Assembly (NCBI GenBank): GCA_964561465.1
Contig: CAZLPP010000003.1
Location: forward strand, 1-62,290
Direction: 5' to 3'
Length of the DNA stretch: 62,290 bases
Source of the DNA: an uncultured Dehalococcoidales bacterium
GTDB lineage: Bacteria; Chloroflexota; Dehalococcoidia; GIF9; AB-539-J10
Every line of letters begins with the position of its first letter. The stretch's first letter is position 1. A program made the position numbers and the translations under genes. The notes beneath the pieces are model-generated. The model searched no databases. It was not told the DNA's origin and was given only the letters and a program-made list of their open reading frames with translations. This document shows positions 42,438-52,283 of the stretch, one piece after another.

Positions 42438-43418
42438 TCAGCTCCTTTGCTTGACTTCGGCCGTCAGCTTGGGGAGGACTTCGTACAGGTCGCCGACGAT
42501 GCCATAGTCCGCTACCTTAAATATCGGAGCCGATGGGTCGGCGTTGATGGCGAGGATGGTATCGGAATCACGCATCCCGGCCAGGTGCTGGGGGCTGCCC
42601 GACACACCGACTGCCACGTAGAGTTTGGGTTTCACGGTGTTGCCGCTGAAGCCGACCTGGTGCTCCTTGCCGATCCAGCCGTCGTCTACGATCGGCCGGG
42701 TGCAGCCGACGACGCCACCGAGGGCTCCGGCGAGTTCTTCGATCAGGGAGAAATCCGCTGCGCTCTTCAGGCCACGCCCGCCGCAGACGATGACGTCCGC
42801 CTCGGCGATGTTGACCCCGCCGGCACTCTCCTTGCTGACGATCTTCAGCACGGAGTCGATGATGTCCGCATCCTTGCGGATGATCTCGCCCTTCCGGGAG
42901 GCATCGCGCGGCAGCTTCTGCATGACCTTGTAGCGCACGGTGGCCATCTGGGGGCGGGTGGTCGTCCGGATGTGAGCGAGGATGTTGCCGCTGAACGCGG
43001 GACGGATCTGCACGAGGTTGCCCTCGTCGCCGACCTCGAGCGCGGTGCAGTCGGCCGTCAGGCCGGTGTTCAAGGCGGCCGCAACCCTCGGGGCGAGCGA
43101 GCGGCCGAGGTGTGTGGCGCCGACGAGCAGTGTCTCCGGCTTCACGTCGTTGACCAGACGGCAGATGTTGTGCTTGTAGTTCAGCAGGTCGAAATCGCGC
43201 AGGGCGGGATTGTCGATGTAGTACACCTTCTGCGCACCGTAGTAGATCAGCTCTTTGACTTCGTCTCCCATGCTGGAGCCGAGCAGGAGAGCGGATACCT
43301 CGATGCCGAGCTTCTTCGCGATCTCGGTGCCCTTGCCGAGCAGTTCGTAAGAAACGGGGTGGATCTTGCCCTCGCGTTGCTCAGCGAAGACCATCAGACC
43401 TTTGTAGTCAGCGTTCAT
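42438..43418 (-). CDS. etfA: Electron transfer flavoprotein, alpha subunit
   Basis: ADVIVCGGRGL, GCTRPIVDDGW, QVGFSGNTVKPKLYVAVGVSGSPQHLAGM, ILAINADPSAPIF. Confidence 0.9.
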   Translation of the reverse strand: MNADYKGLMVFAEQREGKIHPVSYELLGKGTEIAKKLGIEVSALLLGSSMGDEVKELIYYGAQKVYYIDNPALRDFDLLNYKHNICRLVNDVKPETLLVGATHLGRSLAPRVAAALNTGLTADCTALEVGDEGNLVQIRPAFSGNILAHIRTTTRPQMATVRYKVMQKLPRDASRKGEIIRKDADIIDSVLKIVSKESAGGVNIAEADVIVCGGRGLKSAADFSLIEELAGALGGVVGCTRPIVDDGWIGKEHQVGFSGNTVKPKLYVAVGVSGSPQHLAGMRDSDTILAINADPSAPIFKVADYGIVGDLYEVLPKLTAEVKQRS

Positions 43419-44224
43419 TTCGCGCTCCCGAGCAGACCGAGCTTCTGCAGCGCGTCTGCCACGTTCTTTGCGGCATCATCGGGGGTGCCACGGAATACCT
43501 CTCCCTTGCGTCCTTCCTCGGAGGGAACAACGACCTTGTTCAGCCTGGTGGGCGAGCCCTTCAACCCGAAGTTCGCGGCGTCGGCCACGTCGGCGAGGTC
43601 CGCCGCGCCCCAGGTCTCTATCGTCGCCTTGCGCGCCTTCATCTTGTCGGCGAAACTGGGAAGGCGGGGGCTGTTGATGTCTTTCGTGACGGTGATGAGG
43701 ACCGGCATGGGCGACGACATGATGTAGCGGTCGCTCTCCATCTCGCAGACGACCGTCATCGAGTCGGCGCTCGCCTCGCGCACCTTGGACACGTAGGCGA
43801 TGTGGGGAATCCCGAGCCACTCGCCGATCTCCGGCCCGACCTGTCCGGTGTCGCCATCGACGGTCTTCTCACCGCAGACGATGATGTCGAACTTGCCGAG
43901 CTTCTTGATGGCGCTCGCAAGCGTGTACGACGTGGCCCAGGTATCGGCGCCGGCGAACTCCTTGCCGACGAGCAGGATACCCCGGTCGGCGCCGCGCGAG
44001 AGGCTGTCGCGGACAGATGACTCCGCCTGCGGCGGGCCCATGCTGATGGTGGTGACGGTGCCGCCGAGCTTCTCTTTCAGCTGCACCGCTGTCTCGAGCG
44101 CATTGAGGTCGAACGGGTTAATCTCACCGGCGGCCGAGCTGCGGTCGACCCTGCCCGACTCCGTATCGAACTTGACCCGTTCCATGTCAGGCACTTGCTT
44201 GATTGGAACAATTATGTCAGCCAT
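43415..44224 (-). CDS. etfB: Electron transfer flavoprotein, beta subunit
   Basis: IIVPIKQVPD, INPFDLNALE, FDIIVCGEKTVDGDTGQVGP. Overlaps the etfA start by 4 nt. Confidence 0.9.
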   Translation of the reverse strand: MADIIVPIKQVPDMERVKFDTESGRVDRSSAAGEINPFDLNALETAVQLKEKLGGTVTTISMGPPQAESSVRDSLSRGADRGILLVGKEFAGADTWATSYTLASAIKKLGKFDIIVCGEKTVDGDTGQVGPEIGEWLGIPHIAYVSKVREASADSMTVVCEMESDRYIMSSPMPVLITVTKDINSPRLPSFADKMKARKATIETWGAADLADVADAANFGLKGSPTRLNKVVVPSEEGRKGEVFRGTPDDAAKNVADALQKLGLLGSAK

Positions 44225-44603
44225 TCAGGCTCCTCCGTGTGAGCATTGGGGTCGCTACGATGAGACCTATGCCGAACACCTCCTTGCCAGGTGCATTCGT
44301 CCCGAAACGAAAACCGGCCGGTTCCGGAAACAATCCGGACCCGGCCGATTCTGTCGTATCGAACCAGTCCAGTGGCTGTCGCGTGCAAAGACCCATTCAT
44401 CGTCGCCGAAGCGCTGACGCATCATATCACACCGCGGTGGACGCTTTGAATAGTCGAGGCGGGTCGCGAGCGGCGCGCGTCGCCGGAGCCTTGACGGTGT
44501 GCGTCGGCGCGTACCTGTGGAGCGCGTCCGTGCCCGGGCGCACCATCATACATCCGGGCTCATTCGCCCGGCTGGAAGAGGAGACACGCGGGAATGCGGT
44601 GCG

Positions 44604-44771
44604 CTAGTCCCAGCGGCCGGTGTTGTGTATGAGCCAGGCGACGACGACGACGAGGAAGATGGTGATGAAGATGACGACGCCCAGCCCGACTTCCCCCAGG
44701 CCCCAGAACCGCTCGCTTGCCGCGAGCGGCCCCCTCCACAGTTCCTGCAATGGCGGTATGGTGAAGCTCAC
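44604..44771 (-). CDS. 55-aa single-pass membrane protein (hypothetical), absent from the ORF track
   Basis: My translation: [55 protein letters not shown]. The GTG overlaps the clpP stop (GTGA). The TM segment uses almost exclusively C-ending codons, which favours this strand over the acidic plus-strand ORF 44499..44840. Confidence 0.45.
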   Translation of the reverse strand: MSFTIPPLQELWRGPLAASERFWGLGEVGLGVVIFITIFLVVVVAWLIHNTGRWD

Positions 44772-45373
44772 TTCTTCTCCGGCTTCGTAAGAATCTCGTC
44801 GATGAGACCGTACTCCTTAGCCTGTCGCGGATCGAGATAGAAGTCGCGGTCGATATCGTGAGAGATCTTGTCGACCGACTGGCCGGTGTGGAAGGCCAGG
44901 ATGTCGCGTATCTTCTCCTGCATGCGCATGATCTCGCGCGCGGCTATCTCGATGTCCGCCGCCTGTCCCTGGGCGCCGCCGATGGCCTGGTGCAGGTGGA
45001 TGGTGGCGTTCGGCAGCGCATAGCGCTTGCCCTTCGCGCCCGCGCAGAGCAGCACCGTGCCCATGCTGGCGGCCAGTCCGACGCAGATAGTGGACACCGG
45101 GCAGCGGATGAGCTGCATCGTGTCATAGATGGCAAGCCCCGCCGCGATGACGCCGCCCGGCGAGTGGATGTACAGGCTGACGTCCTTGTCCGGGTCTTCG
45201 CGGTCGAGGTAGAGCAACTGCGCCACGATGAGATTGGCGACGTGGTCGTTGATGGCGGTGCCGAGGAAGATGATCCGCTCCCGCAGCAGCAGGGAGTAGA
45301 TGTCGTACGCCCTCTCTCCTCTGGCTCCCGTCTCTGTGACCGTCGGGATCACTACCTGTGCAATGCTATCCAT
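44768..45373 (-). CDS. clpP: ATP-dependent Clp protease proteolytic subunit
   Basis: [35 protein letters not shown] (Ser), TIHLHQ (His), RDFYL. Confidence 0.95.
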   Translation of the reverse strand: MDSIAQVVIPTVTETGARGERAYDIYSLLLRERIIFLGTAINDHVANLIVAQLLYLDREDPDKDVSLYIHSPGGVIAAGLAIYDTMQLIRCPVSTICVGLAASMGTVLLCAGAKGKRYALPNATIHLHQAIGGAQGQAADIEIAAREIMRMQEKIRDILAFHTGQSVDKISHDIDRDFYLDPRQAKEYGLIDEILTKPEKK

Positions 45374-46703
45374 GCGATTCCACCTCCGGTGCGCTTTCCG
45401 GTTCCGTGCCGCCCGCCGGCGCCGCGGCGCCCGACTCGCTTGAGCCGGTGACTATGGCCACCAGCCGGTCCAGCGTGCGGTTGGTCCGCAGCCTCGTCTC
45501 GAGCGACTCCCGCATCTCCGGTGACGACAGGAACTGGCGCGCCCTGTCCTTGTCTTTGGCTTCCCCCACTAGTTCCTCGATCCTGGCGGTGATGTCTTCT
45601 TCGGCGACCTGGATGCCTTCGGCGTCGGCAATCTTCTCCAGCACAAGACCATTCACGATGCGGGTGTGCGCCAGCGGCCTGAGGTCCTCACGGATCTCAT
45701 CGACGCTGCGGTTCGTCATCCGCAGGTAGTCCTCGATGGTCTTGTAGCCGTACCGGCGCGCTTCACCCTGCAGCAGGTCGGCTATCTCCCTCTCCTCCAG
45801 CACCGGAGGAAAGTCAACGGAGCCCTGCGCCGCGATTGCGTCGAGGGCGTTGTGGATGAGCGTGGTGCGGGCCTCGTTCTTGGCGTTGGATTCGAGGTCC
45901 GCTCCGACCTTCTCCTTCAGTGCATCGAAGGTCTCGAATCCGAACGTCTTGGCAAGTCCATCCCCGAGCTCGGGCAGTTCCTTCTGCTTCACCTCCCGCA
46001 CGGTGACCGTGCAGGAGCACTCTTTGGCGGCCAGCTCCGCCACGCGGAAGTCTGCGGGCATAGGCAAGGTGAACTCCCGTGTCTCATCCTTGGACATCCC
46101 GACGATGGCCTCGGCGAAGCCGGGGACCGGCATGGGCGAGGCGGCGACCGCCTGATACGTGACCTGCTGGTGGTCGAGGAAGGGCTGCCCTTCGACGGTA
46201 GCCTTCACATCGATGGTGGCGAAATCATCGAACTTCAGCGTTCGCTCCACCGGCACGAGCACGGCCTGACTCTCCCGTATCCGGTCGAGCGCCCCCAGCA
46301 CATGCTCGTCGGTTACCGCGACTTCCTCCGGCTTCACGCGCACGGAGCGGTAGTCGCCGAGCGTGACTTCCGGCGGCAGGGGCACGATGACCTTGAACGT
46401 TGGTGGTTCGCGCTGCTCGAGCTCGACCTGCGGTGTCGCGATGGGATGGAGCTCGTGCGCCACGAGAGCCTTCTCGTAGACGTCCGGGAAGACATGCTCG
46501 ATGGCCTCGTCGACCACCGCCTCGCGGCCCAGGTGCTGCTCCAGCACGTGTCTGGGCGCCTTGCCCTTCCGGAAACCGGGCACCGTGGCCCGTTGTGCGA
46601 GGTGCCTGTATGCCTCAGCCGTGGCTGCCGCGTACTCGTCCGGCTCCGCCTCGATGTGGAGTTCCGCCTGCCGATGTTCGATGCTCTTTGCAGTGCTCTT
46701 CAT
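45366..46703 (-). CDS. tig: Trigger factor
   Basis: [20 protein letters not shown]...[15 protein letters not shown]. The ATG at 46703 follows AGGAGC. The track ORF runs on into aspS. Confidence 0.9.
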   Translation of the reverse strand: MKSTAKSIEHRQAELHIEAEPDEYAAATAEAYRHLAQRATVPGFRKGKAPRHVLEQHLGREAVVDEAIEHVFPDVYEKALVAHELHPIATPQVELEQREPPTFKVIVPLPPEVTLGDYRSVRVKPEEVAVTDEHVLGALDRIRESQAVLVPVERTLKFDDFATIDVKATVEGQPFLDHQQVTYQAVAASPMPVPGFAEAIVGMSKDETREFTLPMPADFRVAELAAKECSCTVTVREVKQKELPELGDGLAKTFGFETFDALKEKVGADLESNAKNEARTTLIHNALDAIAAQGSVDFPPVLEEREIADLLQGEARRYGYKTIEDYLRMTNRSVDEIREDLRPLAHTRIVNGLVLEKIADAEGIQVAEEDITARIEELVGEAKDKDRARQFLSSPEMRESLETRLRTNRTLDRLVAIVTGSSESGAAAPAGGTEPESAPEVESHG

Positions 46704-46708
46704 AGCTC

Positions 46709-48502
46709 CTAGGTCCTGTCTATGCGATGTCGCTTGAGCGAAAGATTCAACTCGTCCAATTGCGCAGCATCGACTTCCGACGGGGAGTCCATCATGAGGT
46801 CGACGGCGTTCTGATTCTTCGGGAAGGCGATGACTTCCCGTATGCTCGACTCGCCCGCCAGCAGCATCGCCATGCGGTCGATGCCGAGCGCGATGCCGGC
46901 GTGGGGCGGGGCGCTGTACTCGAGCGCGTGTACGAAGTAGCCGAACCGGGCGACGACGTCCTCCGCTGTGTAGCCGAGGATGGAGAACACCTTCTCCTGC
47001 AGCGGACGGTTGTGTATCCTCACGCTGCCGCTCCCCAGCTCGACGCCGTTGCATATCAGGTCATAGTGCCTGCCGTGAACTTTGCCCGGCTCCGTATCCA
47101 GCAGAGGGACGTCGGCCATGCGGGGAGAAGTGAACGGGTGATGCATCGAGTCCCAGCGCTTCGTCTCCGCATTCCAGTCGAAGAGAGGGAAGCCCACCAC
47201 GAAGGCGTAGCTGAACTCGTTCGGATTCGCGAGCTTCAGCCTGGCGGCCATCTCGCGACGCAGCGTATCGAGCACCTTGCACGTGACCGCCGCCGTGTCT
47301 GCCACAATCAGCAGCAGGTCGCCCTGCGAGGCCCCGAAAAGCTGGATGAGCTTTGCCATCTGGTCGGGCGTCAAGTGCTTGGCGAGCACTGACTTGACGG
47401 ATTCCTCACCGGCGGCCGGTTCGAGCAGGGAGACGGTGACCAGCCCTTTCGCGCCCGCCGCCGTGGCCCTCGCGGTGAGGTCGGTGAGCTGGTGCTTGTT
47501 GTAGCTTGCGCACCCGGGGACGCAGATGCCGCGGACAACGCCGCCGGTCTCCAGAGCCGAGCGGAAGATGCCGAACCCGGTCTCGGCCGCGAGGTCGCCG
47601 AGGTCGACGACCTTCATCCCGTAGCGAAGGTCGGGCTTGTCGCAGCCGTACTGCGTCATGGCATCGGTGTAGCTTATCCTCGGGAACGGCCGGGGGAATA
47701 CTGCATCGGGCCGCACGATGTGCATCACGTCGACCATCATTCGCTCGATGAGGTCGAGGATGTCCTCCTCCTCGACGAAACTCATCTCGAGGTCGAGCTG
47801 GGTGAACTCGGGCTGGCGGTCCGCCCGAAGGTCCTCGTCCCTGAAGCAGCGCGCAATCTGGTAGTAGCGTTCCAGCCCCGCCACCATGAGTATCTGTTTG
47901 AGCTGCTGGGGGGACTGAGGCAGGGCATAGAACTTCCCCGGATTGACCCTGCTCGGCACGAGGTAGTCCCGCGCTCCCTCCGGCGTGCTCTTGATGAGGA
48001 TGGGTGTCTCGATGTCCAGAAACCGCTCCCCATCCAGGAAATCGCGGATACCCTTCACGAGACGGTGGCGGAGAGCCAGGTTTCGCTGCATGCGCGGCCG
48101 TCGCAGATAGAGGAACCGGTACTTCAGCAGCAGGTTCTCGTCCACCTCGACGTCTTCATTGATGTAGAAAGGAGGAGTCGGGCAATCGTTGAGCAGCTCG
48201 GCATCGTCCACCGAGACTTCAATCATGCCGGTCTCGAGCTTCGCATTCTCCGTGCCGGCCGGCCGGACGACGACGTCTCCGGAAACGCTGACGACGTACT
48301 CCGCGCGCAGGGACCGGATAAGCTCCTCGAGGTGGCCGGTGCGCTCCGGATTGAAGACCACCTGAACGATGCCGGTGCTATCGCGCAGGTCGAGGAAGAC
48401 CACGCCTCCGTGATCGCGGCGCCGGTGAATCCAGCCCGCAAGAGTGACACGACTGCCCGCATGTGCCGCACGAAGCTCTCCGCAACCGTGTGATTTCAAC
48501 AA
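46709..48502 (-). CDS. aspS: Aspartate--tRNA ligase
   Basis: GWIHRRRDHGGVVFLDLRDSTG, FRDEDLRADRQPEFTQLD (motif 2), GGIALGIDR (motif 3). TTG start after AGGAGA. Confidence 0.95.
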   Translation of the reverse strand: MLKSHGCGELRAAHAGSRVTLAGWIHRRRDHGGVVFLDLRDSTGIVQVVFNPERTGHLEELIRSLRAEYVVSVSGDVVVRPAGTENAKLETGMIEVSVDDAELLNDCPTPPFYINEDVEVDENLLLKYRFLYLRRPRMQRNLALRHRLVKGIRDFLDGERFLDIETPILIKSTPEGARDYLVPSRVNPGKFYALPQSPQQLKQILMVAGLERYYQIARCFRDEDLRADRQPEFTQLDLEMSFVEEEDILDLIERMMVDVMHIVRPDAVFPRPFPRISYTDAMTQYGCDKPDLRYGMKVVDLGDLAAETGFGIFRSALETGGVVRGICVPGCASYNKHQLTDLTARATAAGAKGLVTVSLLEPAAGEESVKSVLAKHLTPDQMAKLIQLFGASQGDLLLIVADTAAVTCKVLDTLRREMAARLKLANPNEFSYAFVVGFPLFDWNAETKRWDSMHHPFTSPRMADVPLLDTEPGKVHGRHYDLICNGVELGSGSVRIHNRPLQEKVFSILGYTAEDVVARFGYFVHALEYSAPPHAGIALGIDRMAMLLAGESSIREVIAFPKNQNAVDLMMDSPSEVDAAQLDELNLSLKRHRIDRT

Positions 48503-48589
48503 CGAGTCTTTTCTCCTGACGTGGGGTTGCGGCGCCGGTCCAACCGGAGCCGCAGGGCACCCCGAATGCCGACGCGGACCGGACGCCTG

Positions 48590-49117
48590 CTAATCATCCT
48601 CAAGCAGGATCTCCGCCGCTATGCGCGCGGCCGCCTCCGGAGGGATGCGGCACTTCTTCTTGCCTCCATCCGCGAGGAACTGCTTCCGGTCCTCGGGGTT
48701 CATGGTGTCGTAGTCGCGCCCCATGATGAGCGGCCTGATAACGCCGCACTGCGTGCTGCCGAAGTGCTTCTTGAACTCCTCGCAGTAGCGCCAGACCTTC
48801 TGGCGGTACTTGAACATCTCCTGGTTCGCCTTCTCCGTGCTCCAGGACGGGTCGGAGAGCTTGTCACGACCGAATGCCAGACCCATGGCCATTAAGCCGC
48901 CGAGCAATGCACCGCAGGTCTCCTTGCGGCTCATGAGTCCCGGGAAGAACGTCGCAGCCTTCAGCAACTCCTTGCCGCCTTCAAGCCCGAACTCTTCCTG
49001 CAGTGCCACGAGTGTGCCCTGGGCGCAGTTGACCGACATCTCCTCATAGTCGCCGGCCTTCGTCGACGCCCGCTGGATCCTCTCCTGCTTGCTGGCTTCC
49101 GGTGTCATGTGTTCCAT
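48590..49117 (-). CDS. C_GCAxxG_C_C family protein (second copy)
   Basis: SVNCAQGTLVALQEEFG...KETCGALLGGLMAMGL...FGSTQCG. RBS GAAGGAG. Confidence 0.7.
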   Translation of the reverse strand: MEHMTPEASKQERIQRASTKAGDYEEMSVNCAQGTLVALQEEFGLEGGKELLKAATFFPGLMSRKETCGALLGGLMAMGLAFGRDKLSDPSWSTEKANQEMFKYRQKVWRYCEEFKKHFGSTQCGVIRPLIMGRDYDTMNPEDRKQFLADGGKKKCRIPPEAAARIAAEILLEDD

Positions 49118-49161
49118 ACTCCTTCTCTCTTTTTACGTGGCGGTATCGGCCGCCCGCTCCG

Positions 49162-49191
49162 TTGACTCGAAGCGACGAGTGACGCTATTGT
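49162..49191 (+). promoter_or_regulatory. Candidate promoter TTGACT-18nt-TATTGT upstream of the first acyl-CoA dehydrogenase
   Basis: TTGACT at 49162-49167 and TATTGT at 49186-49191. The reverse complement of 49187-49192 is TACAAT, a possible divergent -10. Confidence 0.3.
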
Positions 49192-49229
49192 ACAACAATC
49201 CGCCCGTGAGTCGTAGCTGGAGGAAGACC

Positions 49230-50453
49230 GTGTACGCCCGACCTGAACGTCTTCAGACTCGCCTCTACCATGACTGGCTTCTGCCCGACGAAGCGCGGCA
49301 GGTGCGCGTCGAGGTCAGACGGTTCGTCGACGACGACGTGCTGTCTGTTGCCGATGAGCTGAATACGGTGGTGGAAAGCGCGGATGCGTTCCCCCACGGG
49401 CTGTTTCGGCGTATGGCGGAGCTGGGACTGTACCGCATCCCGTTCGACTCCTCCCTCGGTGGCCGCGGTCTGCGCTATCCCCTGTGTGCCGCCACGGTTG
49501 TGATGGAGGAGCTGGCCTACGCGAGCGACGGTCTTGCAACGATCTTCGACGACCACTGTCTGCTGCCTGGAGCGGCGCTGCTCAACGGTGGAGCGGCGAC
49601 GCGCGAACGCTACCTCAAGCCGCTGATGTCCGGCGACAGCGTTGCCTGCATGGCCATCACCGAGCCGGACGCCGGCAGCGACCTCCGTGCTGAGACGGTG
49701 TGCACGCGGGCCGAAGCACGGGAAGACTGCTTCGTGCTGAACGGCCACAAGCGCTTCATCACAAACTCTCCGGTGGGAGACTTCGCCACGACGCTTTGCG
49801 TCATCGACGGCCGGCTGTGCATGCTGGTGGTTGACCTGCACTCCCCGGGTGTCAGGGTGGGCCCGCCGGACCTCAAGACCGGCAACCGCGTGCAACTCAC
49901 CGCTGATGTCTGGTTCGAGGACGTACGCGTGCCCCTTGAGAATCTGCTCGGTTCTGCGGGCGATGGACTGCGTATCGCACTCGGCGCCCTGACATGGGGC
50001 CGGGTGGCCGTCGGTGTCTCGGGCGTCGGCATGGCCCAGGCGGCACTCGACGAGTGCGCCGGCTTCATGCGCGAGCGCAAGTTGTTCGGAGGCAGCCTTG
50101 CCGACATGCAGTACTGGCAGTTCCGGCTCGCGGAGCGCGTGACGCAGATAAGCATGGCGCGCGACCTGTGCTACAAGGCGGCGGTACGGTACGACCAGGG
50201 CGCTCGCGCGCCGGAGCCCGAGGTGGCCATGGCGAAGTACTACGGAACGCAGGTCGCGGGCGACATGGCGCGCGATGCGGTACAGGTGTTCGGCGGCCTG
50301 GGGTTCATCACGCGCCTGGGCGCCGATGGTTCGCACTTCCGGGTCGAGCAGATATACCGCGACTGCAAGGTGGCGGAGATATACGAGGGAGCCAACGAGA
50401 TTCAGAAGCGGGGCATCGCACGCCTGATCCTAGGCAAGGAGCACGTGCGGTAG
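49230..50453 (+). CDS. Acyl-CoA dehydrogenase
   Basis: ITEPDAGSDL, NGHKRFITNS, VSGVGMAQAALDE, QVFGGLGF, YRDCKVAEIYEGANEIQ. GTG at 49230 follows GGAGGAAG. Confidence 0.85.
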   Translation: MYARPERLQTRLYHDWLLPDEARQVRVEVRRFVDDDVLSVADELNTVVESADAFPHGLFRRMAELGLYRIPFDSSLGGRGLRYPLCAATVVMEELAYASDGLATIFDDHCLLPGAALLNGGAATRERYLKPLMSGDSVACMAITEPDAGSDLRAETVCTRAEAREDCFVLNGHKRFITNSPVGDFATTLCVIDGRLCMLVVDLHSPGVRVGPPDLKTGNRVQLTADVWFEDVRVPLENLLGSAGDGLRIALGALTWGRVAVGVSGVGMAQAALDECAGFMRERKLFGGSLADMQYWQFRLAERVTQISMARDLCYKAAVRYDQGARAPEPEVAMAKYYGTQVAGDMARDAVQVFGGLGFITRLGADGSHFRVEQIYRDCKVAEIYEGANEIQKRGIARLILGKEHVR

Positions 50454-50512
50454 CGCTCCGCATTCAGTCCGCCGGTGCGGAGGGCCTGCCGGCACACTTG
50501 AAAGGGAAGCAC

Positions 50513-51724
50513 ATGCCTGACCAGTATGAGAGAACACAGGACCGTCTCTACCACGGTGTCGGCCTGCCGGAGGGGATCGACCGGCTCCGCGCCTCGGTGC
50601 GGCGATTTGCGGAGAGCGAGGTGGCGCCGCGCGTCCCGGAGATGGAAGAGAGGGCGGATGACGTGGCTGGGTTCCCGTCGCACGTGTTCCGCCGGATGGC
50701 GGAAGAGGGCCTGTTCCGGCTGCCGCACTCCGCTGCCGACGGAGGTTCCGGCCTGGCCAGTCCGGCCCTGGCGACTGCCGTTGCAGTGGAGGAACTGGCC
50801 TACTTCAGCGCCGGTATCGCTGTCGTCTACGTGTGCCAGGCGGTCTTCTCCGGCGGCATCCTCATGTACGCCTCGCCGGAGTTGAAGAAGGCGTACCTTC
50901 CGGCGATGCTGCGTGGCGAGAAGATCGCCGCGGCCGCGATTACCGAGCCCGGGGCCGGGAGCGATGTGAGGGCTGAGAGCATCTCCACGGCGGCGAAGCC
51001 GGTTCCCGGCGGCTGGATTCTCTCGGGACGGAAGCGCTTCATCATCGATGCGCCGGTTGCGGACGTGGTCTGCGTGCTCGGCACCATCGAGGGCGCACTC
51101 AGCATGCTCGTCGTCGACCTGAAGCAGGATGGCATCGAGGTGCCCCCGCCCGACCGGAAGCTGGGGATGCACGCATGTCTGACTTCGGACATCGTCTTCC
51201 ACGACGTCTTTGTGCCGGCCGGACATCTCGTGGGTCAGGCCGGCAGGGGCCTGCGCATCGCGCTGGGTGCACTTGTGCGCGGGCGCATCGCGGCTGCGGC
51301 CACCGGCGTCGGCGTGGCGCAGGCGGCCTTCGATGAGAGCGTGCGCTGGATGCAGCAGAGGCAGGTATTCGACCGGAAGCTGGCGGAGATGCAGCACTGG
51401 CAGTACAGGCTGGCCGAGCGCGCGACCCAGATAGGCATGGCGCGCGACCTCTGCTACAAGGCGGCGCTGCGGCAGGATGCGGGCGAGGCCTTCCCGGAGC
51501 CGGAGACCTCGATGGCCACGTACTACGGCACGCAGGTCGCCGGCGACATGTCCCGCGACGCCGTGCAGATCTTCGGCGGCTACGGATATGCCTCCCGGCT
51601 GGGAGCTGACGGCTCGAGGTACCGCGTCGAGCAGCTCTACCGCGACGCCAAGGGACCGGAGATATACGAAGGCAGCAACGAGGTCATGAAGATGATAATC
51701 GCGCGCCAGTTGTTCGGCCGGTAG
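50513..51724 (+). CDS. Acyl-CoA dehydrogenase (paralogue)
   Basis: ITEPGAGSDV, SGRKRFIIDA, ATGVGVAQAAFDE, QIFGGYGY, YRDAKGPEIYEGSNEVM. The ATG at 50513 is in frame within track ORF 49994..51724. Confidence 0.85.
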   Translation: MPDQYERTQDRLYHGVGLPEGIDRLRASVRRFAESEVAPRVPEMEERADDVAGFPSHVFRRMAEEGLFRLPHSAADGGSGLASPALATAVAVEELAYFSAGIAVVYVCQAVFSGGILMYASPELKKAYLPAMLRGEKIAAAAITEPGAGSDVRAESISTAAKPVPGGWILSGRKRFIIDAPVADVVCVLGTIEGALSMLVVDLKQDGIEVPPPDRKLGMHACLTSDIVFHDVFVPAGHLVGQAGRGLRIALGALVRGRIAAAATGVGVAQAAFDESVRWMQQRQVFDRKLAEMQHWQYRLAERATQIGMARDLCYKAALRQDAGEAFPEPETSMATYYGTQVAGDMSRDAVQIFGGYGYASRLGADGSRYRVEQLYRDAKGPEIYEGSNEVMKMIIARQLFGR

Positions 51725-51735
51725 GCGGCAAGCGT

Positions 51736-52281
51736 TCAGTCCGTCGTTGGCCTCTTTCCCCGGTCTTCGCGGGCGAGGCTGTCGAGGAAGCTCTGCAGGA
51801 TCACCGCCGCCGCATGCGCGTCGATAGCCGGCTTCTTCCCGTAGCGCTTCTTGCGGTCGGTTTCCTCGACTTCAGTCAGCCGTTCCGCCTCCCACGAGCT
51901 CAGGCGCTCGTCCCAGAGGACGATCCTCAGGTGTTCAGCGGTCCGGCCAGCACGGTCGCACCCGGTCCCGCGCTCCTCCGCCGTGCAAAGCTCCCGTGCG
52001 CCGGGAGGCATCTCCAGGGTGACGCTGAAGTGAAGGGCGACGCCGCGCGCGAACTCAACGGCAGCGTTGGTCTGTTCGGAAGGGCGGCCGCTCATCGAGA
52101 GCGGCAGGCCGATGACGAGCCCGCCGGGTCGGTACTCCTCCACGAGCTTGAGGATGTCATCGACGGTTGGTCCTCCGGCACGGTGACGCAGCACGCACAC
52201 CGGGATGGCGTACGTGCCCTCCGGGCTGCTCACCGCCACCCCCGTCCGCTTCTCCCCCGGGTCCAGGCCCAGCCAGCGCAC
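51736..52281 (-). CDS. ruvX: Holliday junction resolvase-like protein RuvX/YqgF
   Basis: MRWLGLDPGEKRTGVAVS...LVIGLPLSMSG...AIDAHAAAVILQSFLD. Confidence 0.85.
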   Translation of the reverse strand: MRWLGLDPGEKRTGVAVSSPEGTYAIPVCVLRHRAGGPTVDDILKLVEEYRPGGLVIGLPLSMSGRPSEQTNAAVEFARGVALHFSVTLEMPPGARELCTAEERGTGCDRAGRTAEHLRIVLWDERLSSWEAERLTEVEETDRKKRYGKKPAIDAHAAAVILQSFLDSLAREDRGKRPTTD

Positions 52282-52283
52282 GT

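Noticed and set aside
44499-44840. Plus-strand ORF encoding an Asp/Glu run ([19 protein letters not shown]).
   Set aside because: It is the mirror image of the hydrophobic minus-strand small ORF. Its third-position composition is mixed, it overlaps the clpP 3' end, and it has no RBS.
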